Assembly: GCA_037445735.1 (NCBI GenBank)
Contig: JBBIJY010000006.1
Span: forward strand, 32,001 to 96,000
Reading direction: 5' to 3'
Origin: Armatimonadota bacterium
GTDB lineage: Bacteria; Armatimonadota; Fimbriimonadia; Fimbriimonadales; GBS-DC
Length of the DNA stretch: 64,000 bases
In this document: piece after piece, positions 19,310 to 29,663 of the stretch
How the letters are laid out: each line of letters starts with the position of its first letter
Position numbering within the stretch: position 1 is the first letter of the stretch
Position numbers and translations under genes: made by a program
The notes under the pieces: model-generated
The model's database searches: none
What the model saw: only the letters and a program-made list of their open reading frames with translations
What the model was told of the DNA's origin: nothing

Positions 19310-20382
19310 CGAAGCAGGCTCATGAGCCAGATGCGCCATACCTGCCAGAAGGCGGTGCTGTAGAGTGCCAGCGTCGTGGCGAGGGCGCGCGCTCGTTGCA
19401 GCCATTCGCGCCCCACCGACTGGCTGCTCGCCCGCGATTTGAGATGCTCGTTCAGCCAGCTCGTGATGGCGTTCAGCACATTGGGCATCTCGGCAGGCGG
19501 CGGCACATGCCCGCCTTTGTACCAGATAATCTTCTTCGGTTCACGCGCAGCTTCGTGCAGGGCTTTATTGGAGTCGACGGGCACCACATCGTCCGCATCG
19601 CCGTTGATCATCAGCACAGGGCGCGGGCTGATGCGCCCCACCCACAGCACAGGGTCCACCACCTCCATCGCCCGAAGCGCCTCTTCAATCTCCTTACTGG
19701 AGCGATTCTGACGGAAGACCGACAGCACGCTTTTTTCCATCAGAATCTTCCAGTTGCCGCCGGCGACCAGCAGCACGGGCGCCTGCACGCGCTCGTCCAC
19801 GCCCGCAAAAATCGCGCCCAGTATGCCGCCCATGCTCGCGCCGATGTAGCCGATGCGTTTCGGGTCGATCTCAGGGCGTGTTTCGAGATAGTCCAGCGCC
19901 CGGCGCAGGTCAATCACAGTCTGGATCAGCGCGTCACGCGAATAGTAGGGATAGATGCCAAAGAAGGGCAATGGCTCTTTCGGCTTACGCTCGCCGTGAT
20001 ACTGCGCATCGATGGCGAAGAGCGCGTAGCCGGCGTTCGTGAGCATCGGCCAGAGCATCTTGAACATCGTCTTATCACCGCCCAGCCCGTGCATCAGTAT
20101 CACGCAGGGCAGTTTCTGCCCTTCGGGGCGGTTTTTGGGCAGCACCAGAAAGGCGGGCACACGCTGATCGCGCGCACTGCGATAGACCACCTTGTAGCAG
20201 ATGTAGCTGGCGGTCTCTTCGGCGGTCGACACTTCGGGGCTAAGCGGCAGGTTTTTGTCGTAGCCGAATATCCAGTCGGGGTCGGGCACGCGCGGCGCAT
20301 TATTCTGCGCCTGCGTGCAACCCGTCAGCATCATGAGCGCCCATAAGCCCGCAAGCGAGAGCAACGGCTTGAATCTCATCAT
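19306..20382 (-). CDS. Alpha/beta hydrolase (esterase), probable lipoprotein
   Basis: Lipobox-like LTGC, HGLGG, GASMGG nucleophile elbow, DDVVP, GGH. Confidence 0.8.
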   Translation of the reverse strand: MMRFKPLLSLAGLWALMMLTGCTQAQNNAPRVPDPDWIFGYDKNLPLSPEVSTAEETASYICYKVVYRSARDQRVPAFLVLPKNRPEGQKLPCVILMHGLGGDKTMFKMLWPMLTNAGYALFAIDAQYHGERKPKEPLPFFGIYPYYSRDALIQTVIDLRRALDYLETRPEIDPKRIGYIGASMGGILGAIFAGVDERVQAPVLLVAGGNWKILMEKSVLSVFRQNRSSKEIEEALRAMEVVDPVLWVGRISPRPVLMINGDADDVVPVDSNKALHEAAREPKKIIWYKGGHVPPPAEMPNVLNAITSWLNEHLKSRASSQSVGREWLQRARALATTLALYSTAFWQVWRIWLMSLLR

Positions 20383-20419
20383 GGCTGTTGATTTTCGGGA
20401 GTGCGGGCACAAATCCTGC

Positions 20420-20785
20420 TTACTCGACAGGCGAAAAGGCGTCGGGATAGTGGCGAATCTGGGGGCGGTGGGCGCGGAGATCGACCACCACCACATCGAA
20501 ACGGCACTCCTCATAGGGCAGGGTCGGGTTCTCGTCCAGAAAGCGCTGGGCGAGGCGGGTCAGCTGACGCTGCTTGCGCTCGTCGACGCTCTCTTCAGGG
20601 CTGCCGAGGGTATCGGAGCGGCGGGTCTTCACCTCCACAAACACCAGCGTTGCGCCCTGCATCGCGACGAGATCCAGCTCGCCCTCGCGACGGCGCCAGT
20701 TGCGGGCAAGCAGGCAGTAGCCCTGTTGCTGGAGCCATTCCGCCGCCGCCTGCTCGCCCCATCGCCCCAGCACGCTTCGTTTCAT
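20420..20785 (-). CDS. yraN: YraN (UPF0102) family protein
   Basis: GRWGEQAA, RNWR, GELDLV, FVEVKTR, RFDVV. Confidence 0.9.
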   Translation of the reverse strand: MKRSVLGRWGEQAAAEWLQQQGYCLLARNWRRREGELDLVAMQGATLVFVEVKTRRSDTLGSPEESVDERKQRQLTRLAQRFLDENPTLPYEECRFDVVVVDLRAHRPQIRHYPDAFSPVE

Positions 20786-22455
20786 TCGCCTGTCTGACCG
20801 AAGTTGAACAGCACCAGCAACAGATCGGCGTCATCTACGACGCCGTTCCCATCCAGATCGGCGGGCAGGTTCGTGCCGCTCTGCCCGAACGCGAACAGCA
20901 CCTGCAGCAGGTCGGCATCATCAATCCCATTATCGCCGTTTATATCGCCTGGCACCAGAGTCACATTCACATTTGTCAGCCCTGGATAGCGCACCCGCTG
21001 GTTGGCGACCCGCTTCAGCAGTGTGCCCTGTGCGCGGATAGCCAGATCATAGTAGCCCAGATAGTTGAAGAAGCTCACGCTGTAGGCGCCCGTGCTACTG
21101 GCGGTCGTGTTCGCGGTTGCCAGCACGGTGCTGCTGTTGAGCGGGCGCAGCTTGACCTCCACAGGGCGACCGTTGTAGGAGCCAGTGAAGCCATTAATTG
21201 TGATGCGCCCGCTGATGGGCACGGTCAACGCCTGCTGAACGGCATTCGAGACGCTGATGCGCCCGTATGCCACATAGTTGCCCGGCACGGGCACGGCGGT
21301 CGACTCGATCAGGGTGCGCACCGCCTGCGCCCGCGCCTGACTGCGGTCTGAGGGTCCGTCGGCAACCAGCGGATAAAGCAGCAGCGCCTGCGCCGCGACC
21401 ATCGGGGCGGCATACGAGGTGTAGCCGTCCCTGTTACGACTGTAGCCTCCTGATCGGGTGGTCGAATAGACATCCCCGCTGGGCGCCGCGACATCGACCC
21501 AGCTGCCATAGGTGGAGACGCTCGATTTTGTGTCGTCCAGATTGCAGGCGGCGACGGCGATGCAGACCGGGTAGTAGGCAGGATAGAAGGGGTTCGTGTT
21601 GTTATTGTTGCCCGCGGCAGCGACAATCACCACGCCTGCGCTCCAGGCGTTATTCAGCGCCGTCTGCAGGCTGGACATCGGCGTGTCGCTTCCAATGCTC
21701 AGATTAATCACATGCGCGCCCTGCGCGACAGCGTAGCTGATGCCATCCAGAAGGTCGCTCAAGAAGCCCTGTCCCGCATCGTTGAACACTTTCACGGGCA
21801 GCACCCTGCCTTCAGGTGCGATGCAGGCGACGCCGATGCCATTATTGGTCACCGCGCCCGCTATCCCTGCCACGAAAGTGCCGTGCCCGAACGGATCGCT
21901 GGGGTCATTATCGTCGTTGCCGAAGTCGTAGCCAGGAAGGAGCTTCGCCTGCAGGTCGGGATGCGTGCGCAACACCCCTGTGTCCAGCGGGGCAACAATA
22001 AACTGGCTGCTGCCGCGCCAGTAGTCCCACGCCTGCGGGCAGCCGATATGGGGCAGTGCAGGTTGCTGCGGATAGAGCGGGTCATTCGGTGTCCAGTCGG
22101 CTAACTGCAGCTCCCAGTTCAGGTCGGCAATCGCCACCCAGCCCGACTGGAGCAGCTGGGCGCACAGCGCGGGCACATCAGCGAGCGGATTGACCTGCCA
22201 GAGCTCGATGCCCAGCCAGTCGCTGGTGCTCAATACGCGCGCGCCAGCCATCTGGCGCACCCACGCCCGCTGAATTGGGGGCACATCGTCGCGAAACTTC
22301 ACCAGCAGCTGCCCCGGCGCATAGCGCGACTCATGGCTCTGCCTGCTCAAGGCGAACGGCAGGCGTTGCGGGAACAACCGCCCTGCCCCCAACTCATCGG
22401 CAAATGCCTGCCAGCAACAGACCAGAAGCATAAAGAGCGCGATTCCCTTTCGCAT
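20782..22455 (-). CDS. Secreted S8 subtilisin-like (thermitase-like) peptidase with C-terminal dockerin-like domain
   Basis: Signal peptide, prodomain, catalytic triad LDTG / HGTFVAG / TSYAAP, AAAGN, twin EF-hand tail. Confidence 0.9.
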   Translation of the reverse strand: MRKGIALFMLLVCCWQAFADELGAGRLFPQRLPFALSRQSHESRYAPGQLLVKFRDDVPPIQRAWVRQMAGARVLSTSDWLGIELWQVNPLADVPALCAQLLQSGWVAIADLNWELQLADWTPNDPLYPQQPALPHIGCPQAWDYWRGSSQFIVAPLDTGVLRTHPDLQAKLLPGYDFGNDDNDPSDPFGHGTFVAGIAGAVTNNGIGVACIAPEGRVLPVKVFNDAGQGFLSDLLDGISYAVAQGAHVINLSIGSDTPMSSLQTALNNAWSAGVVIVAAAGNNNNTNPFYPAYYPVCIAVAACNLDDTKSSVSTYGSWVDVAAPSGDVYSTTRSGGYSRNRDGYTSYAAPMVAAQALLLYPLVADGPSDRSQARAQAVRTLIESTAVPVPGNYVAYGRISVSNAVQQALTVPISGRITINGFTGSYNGRPVEVKLRPLNSSTVLATANTTASSTGAYSVSFFNYLGYYDLAIRAQGTLLKRVANQRVRYPGLTNVNVTLVPGDINGDNGIDDADLLQVLFAFGQSGTNLPADLDGNGVVDDADLLLVLFNFGQTGE

Positions 22456-22516
22456 CGGTTGACCTCCGCTCTATTATACACCAGTCGGGCTGGTTTCAAA
22501 CGCGCCGTCGCCGCGC

Positions 22517-22553
22517 CTTAACATCCCGTTAACATCGAATCGGGTATTACTCT
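22517..22553 (+). promoter_or_regulatory. Pho-box-like direct repeat plus -10 box upstream of pstB
   Basis: TTAACAT at 22518 and 22529 (11 bp period); TACTCT at 22548-22553, 6 nt before the ATG. Confidence 0.7.
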
Positions 22554-22559
22554 CTGGAA

Positions 22560-23372
22560 ATGGCGGATCGGTTTGGCGTGGAGCTGTTGCCGATGGAGCA
22601 GGAGAAACAGGTGGAGCCGCCCGCGCGCATCCTCACGCGCGGACTGAATGTCTATTATGGCAGCTTCCACGCGCTCAAAAATGTGGATATCGAAATCAAA
22701 GCGAACAGCATCACCGCTTTGATTGGTCCCTCTGGCTGCGGCAAAAGCACCTTCCTGCGCTGTCTGAACCGCATGAACGACTTAATTGAAGGGGCGCGGG
22801 TGACGGGCGAGGTGATTCTCGACGGCAAGAACATCTATGACCCTGATGTGGATGTGGTGGAGTTGCGCAAGCGGGTGGGGATGGTGTTCCAGAAGCCGAA
22901 CCCGTTCCCGATGAGCATCTACGATAATGTCGCCTACGGTCCGCGCATGCATGGCATTCGCGATCGGCGCGTGCTGGACGAAATTGTGGAGCAGAGCCTC
23001 AAGCGTGCCGCGCTGTGGAACGAGGTCAAGGATAAGCTGCGCCAGTCGGGGCTGGCGCTTTCGGGCGGACAGCAGCAGCGACTCTGCATCGCCCGCGTGC
23101 TGGCGGTCAACCCCGAAGTGATTCTGATGGACGAGCCGACCTCCGCGCTGGACCCGACCGCCACCTTCTATATCGAAGAGCTGCTGACCGAACTCAAATC
23201 GGAATACACGATTGTGATTGTTACGCACGGCATGCAGCAGGCGGCGCGAATCTCCGACTACACAGGCTTCTTCCTGAACGGTGTCCTGCACGAGTTCAAC
23301 ACCACCGAGAAAATCTTCACCGTGCCCGATAAACGCGAGACCGAAGACTACATTCGCGGGCGGTTCGGATAA
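22560..23372 (+). CDS. pstB: Phosphate ABC transporter ATP-binding protein
   Basis: [47 protein letters not shown]. Confidence 0.95.
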   Translation: MADRFGVELLPMEQEKQVEPPARILTRGLNVYYGSFHALKNVDIEIKANSITALIGPSGCGKSTFLRCLNRMNDLIEGARVTGEVILDGKNIYDPDVDVVELRKRVGMVFQKPNPFPMSIYDNVAYGPRMHGIRDRRVLDEIVEQSLKRAALWNEVKDKLRQSGLALSGGQQQRLCIARVLAVNPEVILMDEPTSALDPTATFYIEELLTELKSEYTIVIVTHGMQQAARISDYTGFFLNGVLHEFNTTEKIFTVPDKRETEDYIRGRFG

Positions 23373-23442
23373 CTGACCGCCTCGCCCCAATAGCAGGCAA
23401 TGCCCCTCTTCTGAAGTATAATAGCGGTGAGGAGGAACTCAT

Positions 23443-24411
23443 ATGCGACGGACAGGGTTTACCTTAATAGAGCTGCTGGTTGTTATTGCGATTATCGCGA
23501 TTCTGGCGGCGATCCTGTTCCCTGTGTTTGCGCAGGCGCGGGAGATGGCGCGCCAGATTAACTGTGGCAGCCGTTTCTATCAGGTTGCGCGTTCGGTTGT
23601 GATGTACTCTGGCGACTACGAGACCATGCAGCCGCTGACCCAGTGGTTTGCCTCGTTTGCCGGGGATCCCGAGGAGGCGGAGTGTCGGGATCGGATTCTG
23701 GCGCAGCTGCTCATGCCATATATCAAGAACTGGACGGTGTTTCGCTGCCCTTCGGATCCGCAGGCAACGGATGAGATTCTGGATGCCTGCCCCTATGATG
23801 GCGAGCCGCGTCCGCAGCGTCAGTGCGCACGCGAACATCGCTGGGCGCTCAAAACGGACCTCGGCTACAACTATGTCTATCTGTCGCCTATCATGACGGG
23901 CAGCTATCCCAGCTCGAATGGCTGGGCGAATGTGCCTGCATCCGATGCTCGCATCAAGAACCCTGCGAGCACGATTGTGTTTGTTGATAGCCTCTGGTGG
24001 CGCGATCCGAACACCCGCCAGCCCCAGTGCGGTGGCAACTGGATTGTGATGCCGCCCTGCCGCTGGTGGTATGATGCCGCGGGCAACCGCATCGACAGCT
24101 TCACCATTGTCCGCGAGGAGTGCAGTAGTGGACGCGCCACAGGATGGTATCAATACCGCGGACAGGGCTGCAGCAATCCGCTCCCCGCCTGCTGGATGCT
24201 GGAGAACGCGCGCGGCTGGTACACCTGGATGGAGTTTGGCGGTTCCTGGCCGTGGCACCGCTCCGAGCGGATGATGGTCGCCTTCGTCGACGGGCACTCC
24301 AAAGTGTACACACCTCGCCAGCTGGCTCAGGGCTGCGAGCTGATGTCGATGTGCCGCGGGCGTATTACCAACCCCCAGCAATATCTGTGGGACCTGGACG
24401 ACTACTACTGA
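23443..24411 (+). CDS. Prepilin-type N-terminal cleavage/methylation protein (DUF1559 / H-X9-DG type)
   Basis: [38 protein letters not shown]...AFVDGH; 12 Cys; TATAAT and AGGAGG upstream. Confidence 0.9.
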   Translation: MRRTGFTLIELLVVIAIIAILAAILFPVFAQAREMARQINCGSRFYQVARSVVMYSGDYETMQPLTQWFASFAGDPEEAECRDRILAQLLMPYIKNWTVFRCPSDPQATDEILDACPYDGEPRPQRQCAREHRWALKTDLGYNYVYLSPIMTGSYPSSNGWANVPASDARIKNPASTIVFVDSLWWRDPNTRQPQCGGNWIVMPPCRWWYDAAGNRIDSFTIVREECSSGRATGWYQYRGQGCSNPLPACWMLENARGWYTWMEFGGSWPWHRSERMMVAFVDGHSKVYTPRQLAQGCELMSMCRGRITNPQQYLWDLDDYY

Positions 24412-24421
24412 GGAGACCTCT

Positions 24422-24631
24422 ATGGAAATTCCCAAACCAGTTGCCTGGGCGATTATTATCGTGGTGGCTCTGCTGGCAATCGGCACGGCGTGGTACTTCT
24501 CTGGAGGAGGTGGTCGTGCCTCCGGGCAGGTCTCGCGCGATGCCTATCCGGAAGTGAAGGGCGAGATGCGCCTGCCCGATAGCGAACTCCAGCAGGGTCC
24601 ACCACCCCTGCCAGGTGTCGGCGGGCGTTAG
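24422..24631 (+). CDS. Small single-TM protein co-transcribed with the prepilin-like gene
   Basis: SD GAGGAG; 69 aa with N-terminal TM helix and Gly/Pro-rich tail. Confidence 0.7.
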   Translation: MEIPKPVAWAIIIVVALLAIGTAWYFSGGGGRASGQVSRDAYPEVKGEMRLPDSELQQGPPPLPGVGGR

Positions 24632-24671
24632 AATCGAACCGAGCCAGTAATCAGGCGTCTAAAAGCCCTGC

Positions 24672-24705
24672 GGGAGGTACACCCGTGCGTGTGCCTCCCT
24701 GTTGT
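24672..24705 (+). terminator. Probable intrinsic terminator
   Basis: Stem gggaggtacac/gtgtgcctccc with a 6 nt loop, followed by tgttgt. Confidence 0.5.
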
Positions 24706-24719
24706 GGCAGGTGAGTCCG

Positions 24720-26030
24720 ATGGAGAAAAAAGTGGATCAATCGTTGCAAGAGTCGCTGGAGGAGCCGTGCCCGCTGTGCGAGCGCCCATCGGGCGACTTC
24801 TGGGCGGCAGAGATGTCGCGCCGCCAGTTTCTGCGCGCGGGCTTCACGCTGGTCGCCGTCGGGCTGGCTGCCCCACCCTGGCTGGCGCAGCTCGCCCGCG
24901 CCGATGCCACCCAGCTGGTGAAGGGCAAAAAGCTGCCCAACGACCGCATCCTCGTCGTGCTGCAACTCACAGGCGGCAACGACGGGCTGAACACCGTCAT
25001 CCCCTACACCGACCCGCTCTATTATCAGGCGCGCCCGACGCTGGCAATCCCCGATTCGCGCGTGCTGCCACTTGCTGACCGAATCGGGCTGCACCCTGCG
25101 CTGGAGGGTCTCAAAGCGCTCTATGAACAGCGCGTGGTCGCTATCCTGCAGGGCGTGGGCTATCCGAACCCAAACCGCTCACACTTCCGCTCGATGGAGA
25201 TCTGGCAGACCGCCGATCCCGACGGCTACAGTCGCTACGGCTGGCTCGGACGCTACCTGGACACCTTAACCGATGCCGCTGCCAACCCCGTGATTGCCGT
25301 CAGCTTCACCCAGGAGCTGCCGCTGGCGTTGCAGGCGAAGCGGGTATCCGTGCCATGCTTTGCCAGCCTGGGCGACCTGCAACTGATGACGGGCGACCCC
25401 GATCTGGAGCGCACCGTGAAAGCGATTGCCCAGATGGACGCCAGACCCACCAGCGCCACACGCCTTATCCGCGAATCGACGCGCACCGCGCTGGAAGCCG
25501 TTGAGCGACTGCGTGAAGCCGTGCGCAACTACCGCTCGCAGGTGGAATACCCGAACGACCCGTTCGGACAGGGTCTCAAGCAGGCAGCCCAGCTGATTGC
25601 CACCTCGCCCCAGACGCGCATCCTCTATGTGTCGGTGAACGGCTTCGACACGCACGCAGCGCAGGCACGCACGCACGAGCAACTGCTCCAGCGGTTCGGC
25701 AACGCCGTGCGCGCCTTCTATCAGGATCTGGAAGGGCAGGGCAAGGCAGATAAGGTGCTGCTGATGGTCTTCTCGGAGTTCGGACGGCGCGTGCGCGAGA
25801 ACGGCAGCGCGGGCACCGACCACGGCGCCGCCGCCCCCATGTTCCTCATCGGCAAGCAGGTCAAAGGCGGGCTGTACGGCGAGCCGCCTAACCTGCGTGA
25901 ACTGGACAATAACGGCGACATCCGCATGCAGACCGACTTCCGCAGCGCGTACGCCACCGTGCTGGAATGGCTCGGCGGCGATCCCGAAAAGGTGCTGGGT
26001 AAGGCATTCCGACCTGTGCCCGTGATCTGA
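24720..26030 (+). CDS. DUF1501 family Tat-exported protein
   Basis: SRRQFLR Tat motif, QLTGGNDGLN, NRSHFRS, GFDTH, SEFGRR, GTDHG. Confidence 0.9.
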   Translation: MEKKVDQSLQESLEEPCPLCERPSGDFWAAEMSRRQFLRAGFTLVAVGLAAPPWLAQLARADATQLVKGKKLPNDRILVVLQLTGGNDGLNTVIPYTDPLYYQARPTLAIPDSRVLPLADRIGLHPALEGLKALYEQRVVAILQGVGYPNPNRSHFRSMEIWQTADPDGYSRYGWLGRYLDTLTDAAANPVIAVSFTQELPLALQAKRVSVPCFASLGDLQLMTGDPDLERTVKAIAQMDARPTSATRLIRESTRTALEAVERLREAVRNYRSQVEYPNDPFGQGLKQAAQLIATSPQTRILYVSVNGFDTHAAQARTHEQLLQRFGNAVRAFYQDLEGQGKADKVLLMVFSEFGRRVRENGSAGTDHGAAAPMFLIGKQVKGGLYGEPPNLRELDNNGDIRMQTDFRSAYATVLEWLGGDPEKVLGKAFRPVPVI

Positions 26031-26050
26031 AATCGGGTACAACTGTCCTG

Positions 26051-27046
26051 ATGAACGCCACCTACGAACAGGTGCGGGACTATGCAGGCTGGCTTGACCT
26101 GAGCGATTGGGGGCTGGTGCAGGTGGTGGGCAGCGACCGTCAGCGGTTCCTGCAAGCGCAGACGACCAACGACCTGCGCCCGCTCCAGAACGGCACGGGC
26201 ACCTACACCGCCTTCTGCACGCCCACGGGACACCTGCTCTCCGACGCCTATGTGCTGGACGACGGCGAAGGCTACCTGCTGATGCTTCCACCCCTCACCT
26301 TCGGCACGATGCTGGAACGGCTCAGCGGGCTGATTATTCTGGACGATGTGGAACTGATCCCGTTGCAGGAAGGGCTGGGCGTGATCAGCCTTCAGGGCGG
26401 GCAGGCGTCGGAAGTGCTGGAAGAACTGGGGCTGGAACCACCGCCCGAAGGCGAACTGCGCCACCAGAATCGGCTCTGGCAATCGGTCGAAGTGCGCATC
26501 GTGCGCTGCCAGCGCACCCGCTGGGGCGGCTATGACCTATGGCTGCCCTTCGAAGCGCACGAGGAGCTGAAGAGCGCCCTCGTCGCGACTGGCGCATTAC
26601 CCATCTCGCCCGAACTCTATGAGGTGCTGCGCTACGAGGCAGGCATCCCGCTCTATGGCGTCGATATGGACGAACGCACCCTCGCTGCCGAGATGGGCGC
26701 GGCGTTTGAGGCGAAATATATTTCCTACACCAAAGGCTGCTACACGGGTCAGGAGGTGCTGATGCGCATTAAGGCGCGGGGGCACACCAATCGCACCTGG
26801 GTGCCATTGCGTATCGAGGGTGAGACCATCCCGCCGCGCGGCACTCTGCTCGCTGCGCCGGACCGACCCGACGCAGGCTGGCTCACAGGCGCCGTGCGCT
26901 CGCCCGCGCTGGGGAACGCCATCCTGGGCTGGGGCTTCGTGCGCAACGCCTATATCGAACCCGGCACCCATCTCCAGACCGCCACCGAACCACCCCAGTT
27001 AACCACCGTCATTCGCATCGAAGACCTGCACACCCCACAGGTATAA
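26051..27046 (+). CDS. YgfZ/GcvT-like folate-binding protein
   Basis: KGCYTGQE signature, FLQAQTTND, EAGIP. Confidence 0.9.
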   Translation: MNATYEQVRDYAGWLDLSDWGLVQVVGSDRQRFLQAQTTNDLRPLQNGTGTYTAFCTPTGHLLSDAYVLDDGEGYLLMLPPLTFGTMLERLSGLIILDDVELIPLQEGLGVISLQGGQASEVLEELGLEPPPEGELRHQNRLWQSVEVRIVRCQRTRWGGYDLWLPFEAHEELKSALVATGALPISPELYEVLRYEAGIPLYGVDMDERTLAAEMGAAFEAKYISYTKGCYTGQEVLMRIKARGHTNRTWVPLRIEGETIPPRGTLLAAPDRPDAGWLTGAVRSPALGNAILGWGFVRNAYIEPGTHLQTATEPPQLTTVIRIEDLHTPQV

Positions 27047-27055
27047 TCTCTGGCG

Positions 27056-28021
27056 ATGCAACAGGAGGGAAAGGCGATGACTGCACGAGCGATTGGCACT
27101 CTACTATTCGGCTGGCTATTAGCGATTGGCTGTCTGGCGCAACAAACCCCGGCGACCGCGCCATCCAGTTCGGCGACCAGTTTCCAGTACAAATTCCGCC
27201 CTGACCAGCAGGAACGCTATCAGGTAACGGTCGAGATGAATGGGAACTTACCCATTCCGGGGGCTGCGGGCGCAGCGGGCATTCTCAAAATGACGCTCGG
27301 GATCGCGGTGAAGGTCACCAAAGCGGAGGAGCAGCAGGCGACGGTCCAAACCTCGCTGGATGCTTTTAATGCGGAGTTTAATGGCTCGCCCTTCCCCGTG
27401 AGCCTCGAAATGGCAAAGAGTTTCATTCCCGACAGCACTGCGACCGTCTCGCCCCGCGGCAAGCTGAGCGGTCTGCAGGGCAGCGGTCTGATGGGTGCGC
27501 CCCTGCCAGGTTTTGACCCGCGCAACCTGGCAACCCTGCTGTTCCCCATCGAACTGCCGGAAAGCTCGCTCACAACCGGCACCACATGGCAGTTCACCCG
27601 CACTTTTGGGGAGGGCAATAGCGCTCTGCGTCTTCCTATCACCGCCCGTTTTGAGGGGTTCGAGGAAGTGGAGGGCGTCAAACTGCTCAAGATCACCGAG
27701 AGCTTCAACCTGCCCATCGAACTCTATCAGGACGCTTTCTACCAGACTGTGAGCGATAAGGAGCAGGCGGTGCGAGTCACGCGCGGCGAGGTTAAGGGCA
27801 CGGGCACAGTCTGGCTCCATCCCGACGACGGCGTTCTGCAAAAGATGACGCTCAACGCCTCGCTCAATCAGACCAGCGAACCCATCAAGAAGGATGGCTC
27901 GGAGGTCAAGGACTACGAGCGTGAGAGCAGCCAGCTGACCCTTACCCTGAACGCCACGCGCCAGAAAGCCAATACAACTGGCGAAACCAGGGCCCAACCG
28001 AGCGAGACCAGATCCAACTGA
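27056..28021 (+). CDS. Hypothetical exported beta-rich protein
   Basis: Signal peptide (alternative start 27077 after AGGAGG); 321 aa. Confidence 0.65.
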   Translation: MQQEGKAMTARAIGTLLFGWLLAIGCLAQQTPATAPSSSATSFQYKFRPDQQERYQVTVEMNGNLPIPGAAGAAGILKMTLGIAVKVTKAEEQQATVQTSLDAFNAEFNGSPFPVSLEMAKSFIPDSTATVSPRGKLSGLQGSGLMGAPLPGFDPRNLATLLFPIELPESSLTTGTTWQFTRTFGEGNSALRLPITARFEGFEEVEGVKLLKITESFNLPIELYQDAFYQTVSDKEQAVRVTRGEVKGTGTVWLHPDDGVLQKMTLNASLNQTSEPIKKDGSEVKDYERESSQLTLTLNATRQKANTTGETRAQPSETRSN

Positions 28022-28069
28022 CCCGCTGCAGGGGGATCGATTCACGGTTCCCCTGCGCCTCACCCTGCG

Positions 28070-29648
28070 ATGGCTCGACTTGCGTACGGTTCATTCCTGA
28101 TAGCGTCCATCGCCTTCACCGCCTACCTGCTGTTCTGGCTGATCGAGGATGTGAGCGTGCTGGTGGCGCGCATGCCCGATGACGCCTTTTACTACCTCAA
28201 GATTGCCCGCCATATCGCTGAAGGCAAGGGCGCCACTTTCGATGGGATTCACCCGACGAACGGCTTCCAGCCCCTCTGGATGTTATTTTTGCTGCCGCTG
28301 GCGTATCTGGGGCGTTCCCTTTCACTGGAGGCGTTCCACCGACTGGCGATGGTCTACCAGCTGATGCTCTATCTGGGTGGTCTCGGATTACTTAATCGGG
28401 CGCTGGCATCCCACCTGGAGACGGCACCACGATTATGGATGACGGCACTGGCATTGAGCACAGGCATTCCGCTCTTTCTGCGCGGGATGGAACCCGTTGC
28501 GGTCTGGCTTGCGTTTTGCCTGCTAATAGCGTGGCTCTCGCGCCAGCCTGACCTGCCCCTGCTGGCGCGAGAGCCAGTGGTTCGTGCTGGGCGCTTTGCT
28601 GGGGATGCTCTTTCTGGCGCGGCTCGATATGGTGTTCGTGATTATTGCTGCGCTGGTGCTCCTGGGGTGGGTGGGACGGGCACAACCGCTGGCAATCCGC
28701 AGTCGCCAGTTCGCCTGGCTGCTGCTGGGTCTCGCATGCGTTGCAGCGCCCTATCTGCTCCACAACGCGATTCAGTCTGGAGATATAGTGCCTGTTAGCG
28801 GGCGGCTGAAAAGCGCATTCCCGCAGGTTGCCCTTTTCAGTCACGGCGTGCCACCAATCCCCGCGATTGCAACGGCGGGCATGCTGGTCAGCCTGGCTGC
28901 CAGCCTCTGGCTGTGGCAATGTGCCCGTTCAAGGGATAACCTGACCGTGCTGTTGATGGGCTGGAGTATCGGAAACCTCCTGCACTGGCTGCACACGCTC
29001 CTGTTTATGAAGTGGGGCATTCTGGTCTCTCATTTTGCTTCCTACTGGGTGCCGTTGATTGGCGTGGCGCCGCTGTTGCTGAAAGCATCGGCACAGAGCC
29101 AGCGCTTCTGGCAGGGCTGGCTGGTTGGGCTGGGCGTGATGGCGGCTTTAATCTGGGCATGGCACGATGTGCACGCCTGCTATCGCCTTCGGTTCCTTTC
29201 GCCAGTTCACTGGCGCACCAGTATGTATAACGCCGCGCTCTGGGCAAGACAGCACACCCCGCTTGACGCCGTGTTCGGTATGACCGATTCGGGCATCTTC
29301 GGCTACTACTCCGGACGCACCGTGATTAATCTGGACGGTGTGGTGAACAATCGCGAATATCAGCAATATCTGTATCGTCGCCAGCTCGGGGAGTATCTGC
29401 GTCGCAATCGGGTTCAGTACCTGGTGGTGTATGTGGTGCCCGATTTACCCCGTTTTCCGACGCCCAGCCAGCAGGGTGCACGATACGCCGATGTCTATCG
29501 GGGCGCCTATCGCGCCTTTCGGTTCTGTGCCCACGCCCGCATGTACGGCGACATCCCCAGCGATGAGATTATCCTCTATCGCCCAAACGAAGTGTACCGC
29601 GAGCGCCACATCAGAGGCATGCTCATCATCTGGCGGATAAGCGAATAG
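28070..29648 (+). pseudogene. GT-C-like (ArnT/PMT-like) membrane glycosyltransferase split by a frameshift near 28556
   Basis: DDAFYYLKIA and TNGFQPLW in the first frame; LARLD and INLDGVVN in the second; removing one C from the C4 run at 28556-28559 joins them. Confidence 0.7.
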
Positions 29649-29663
29649 CGGGATCGGGACAAG

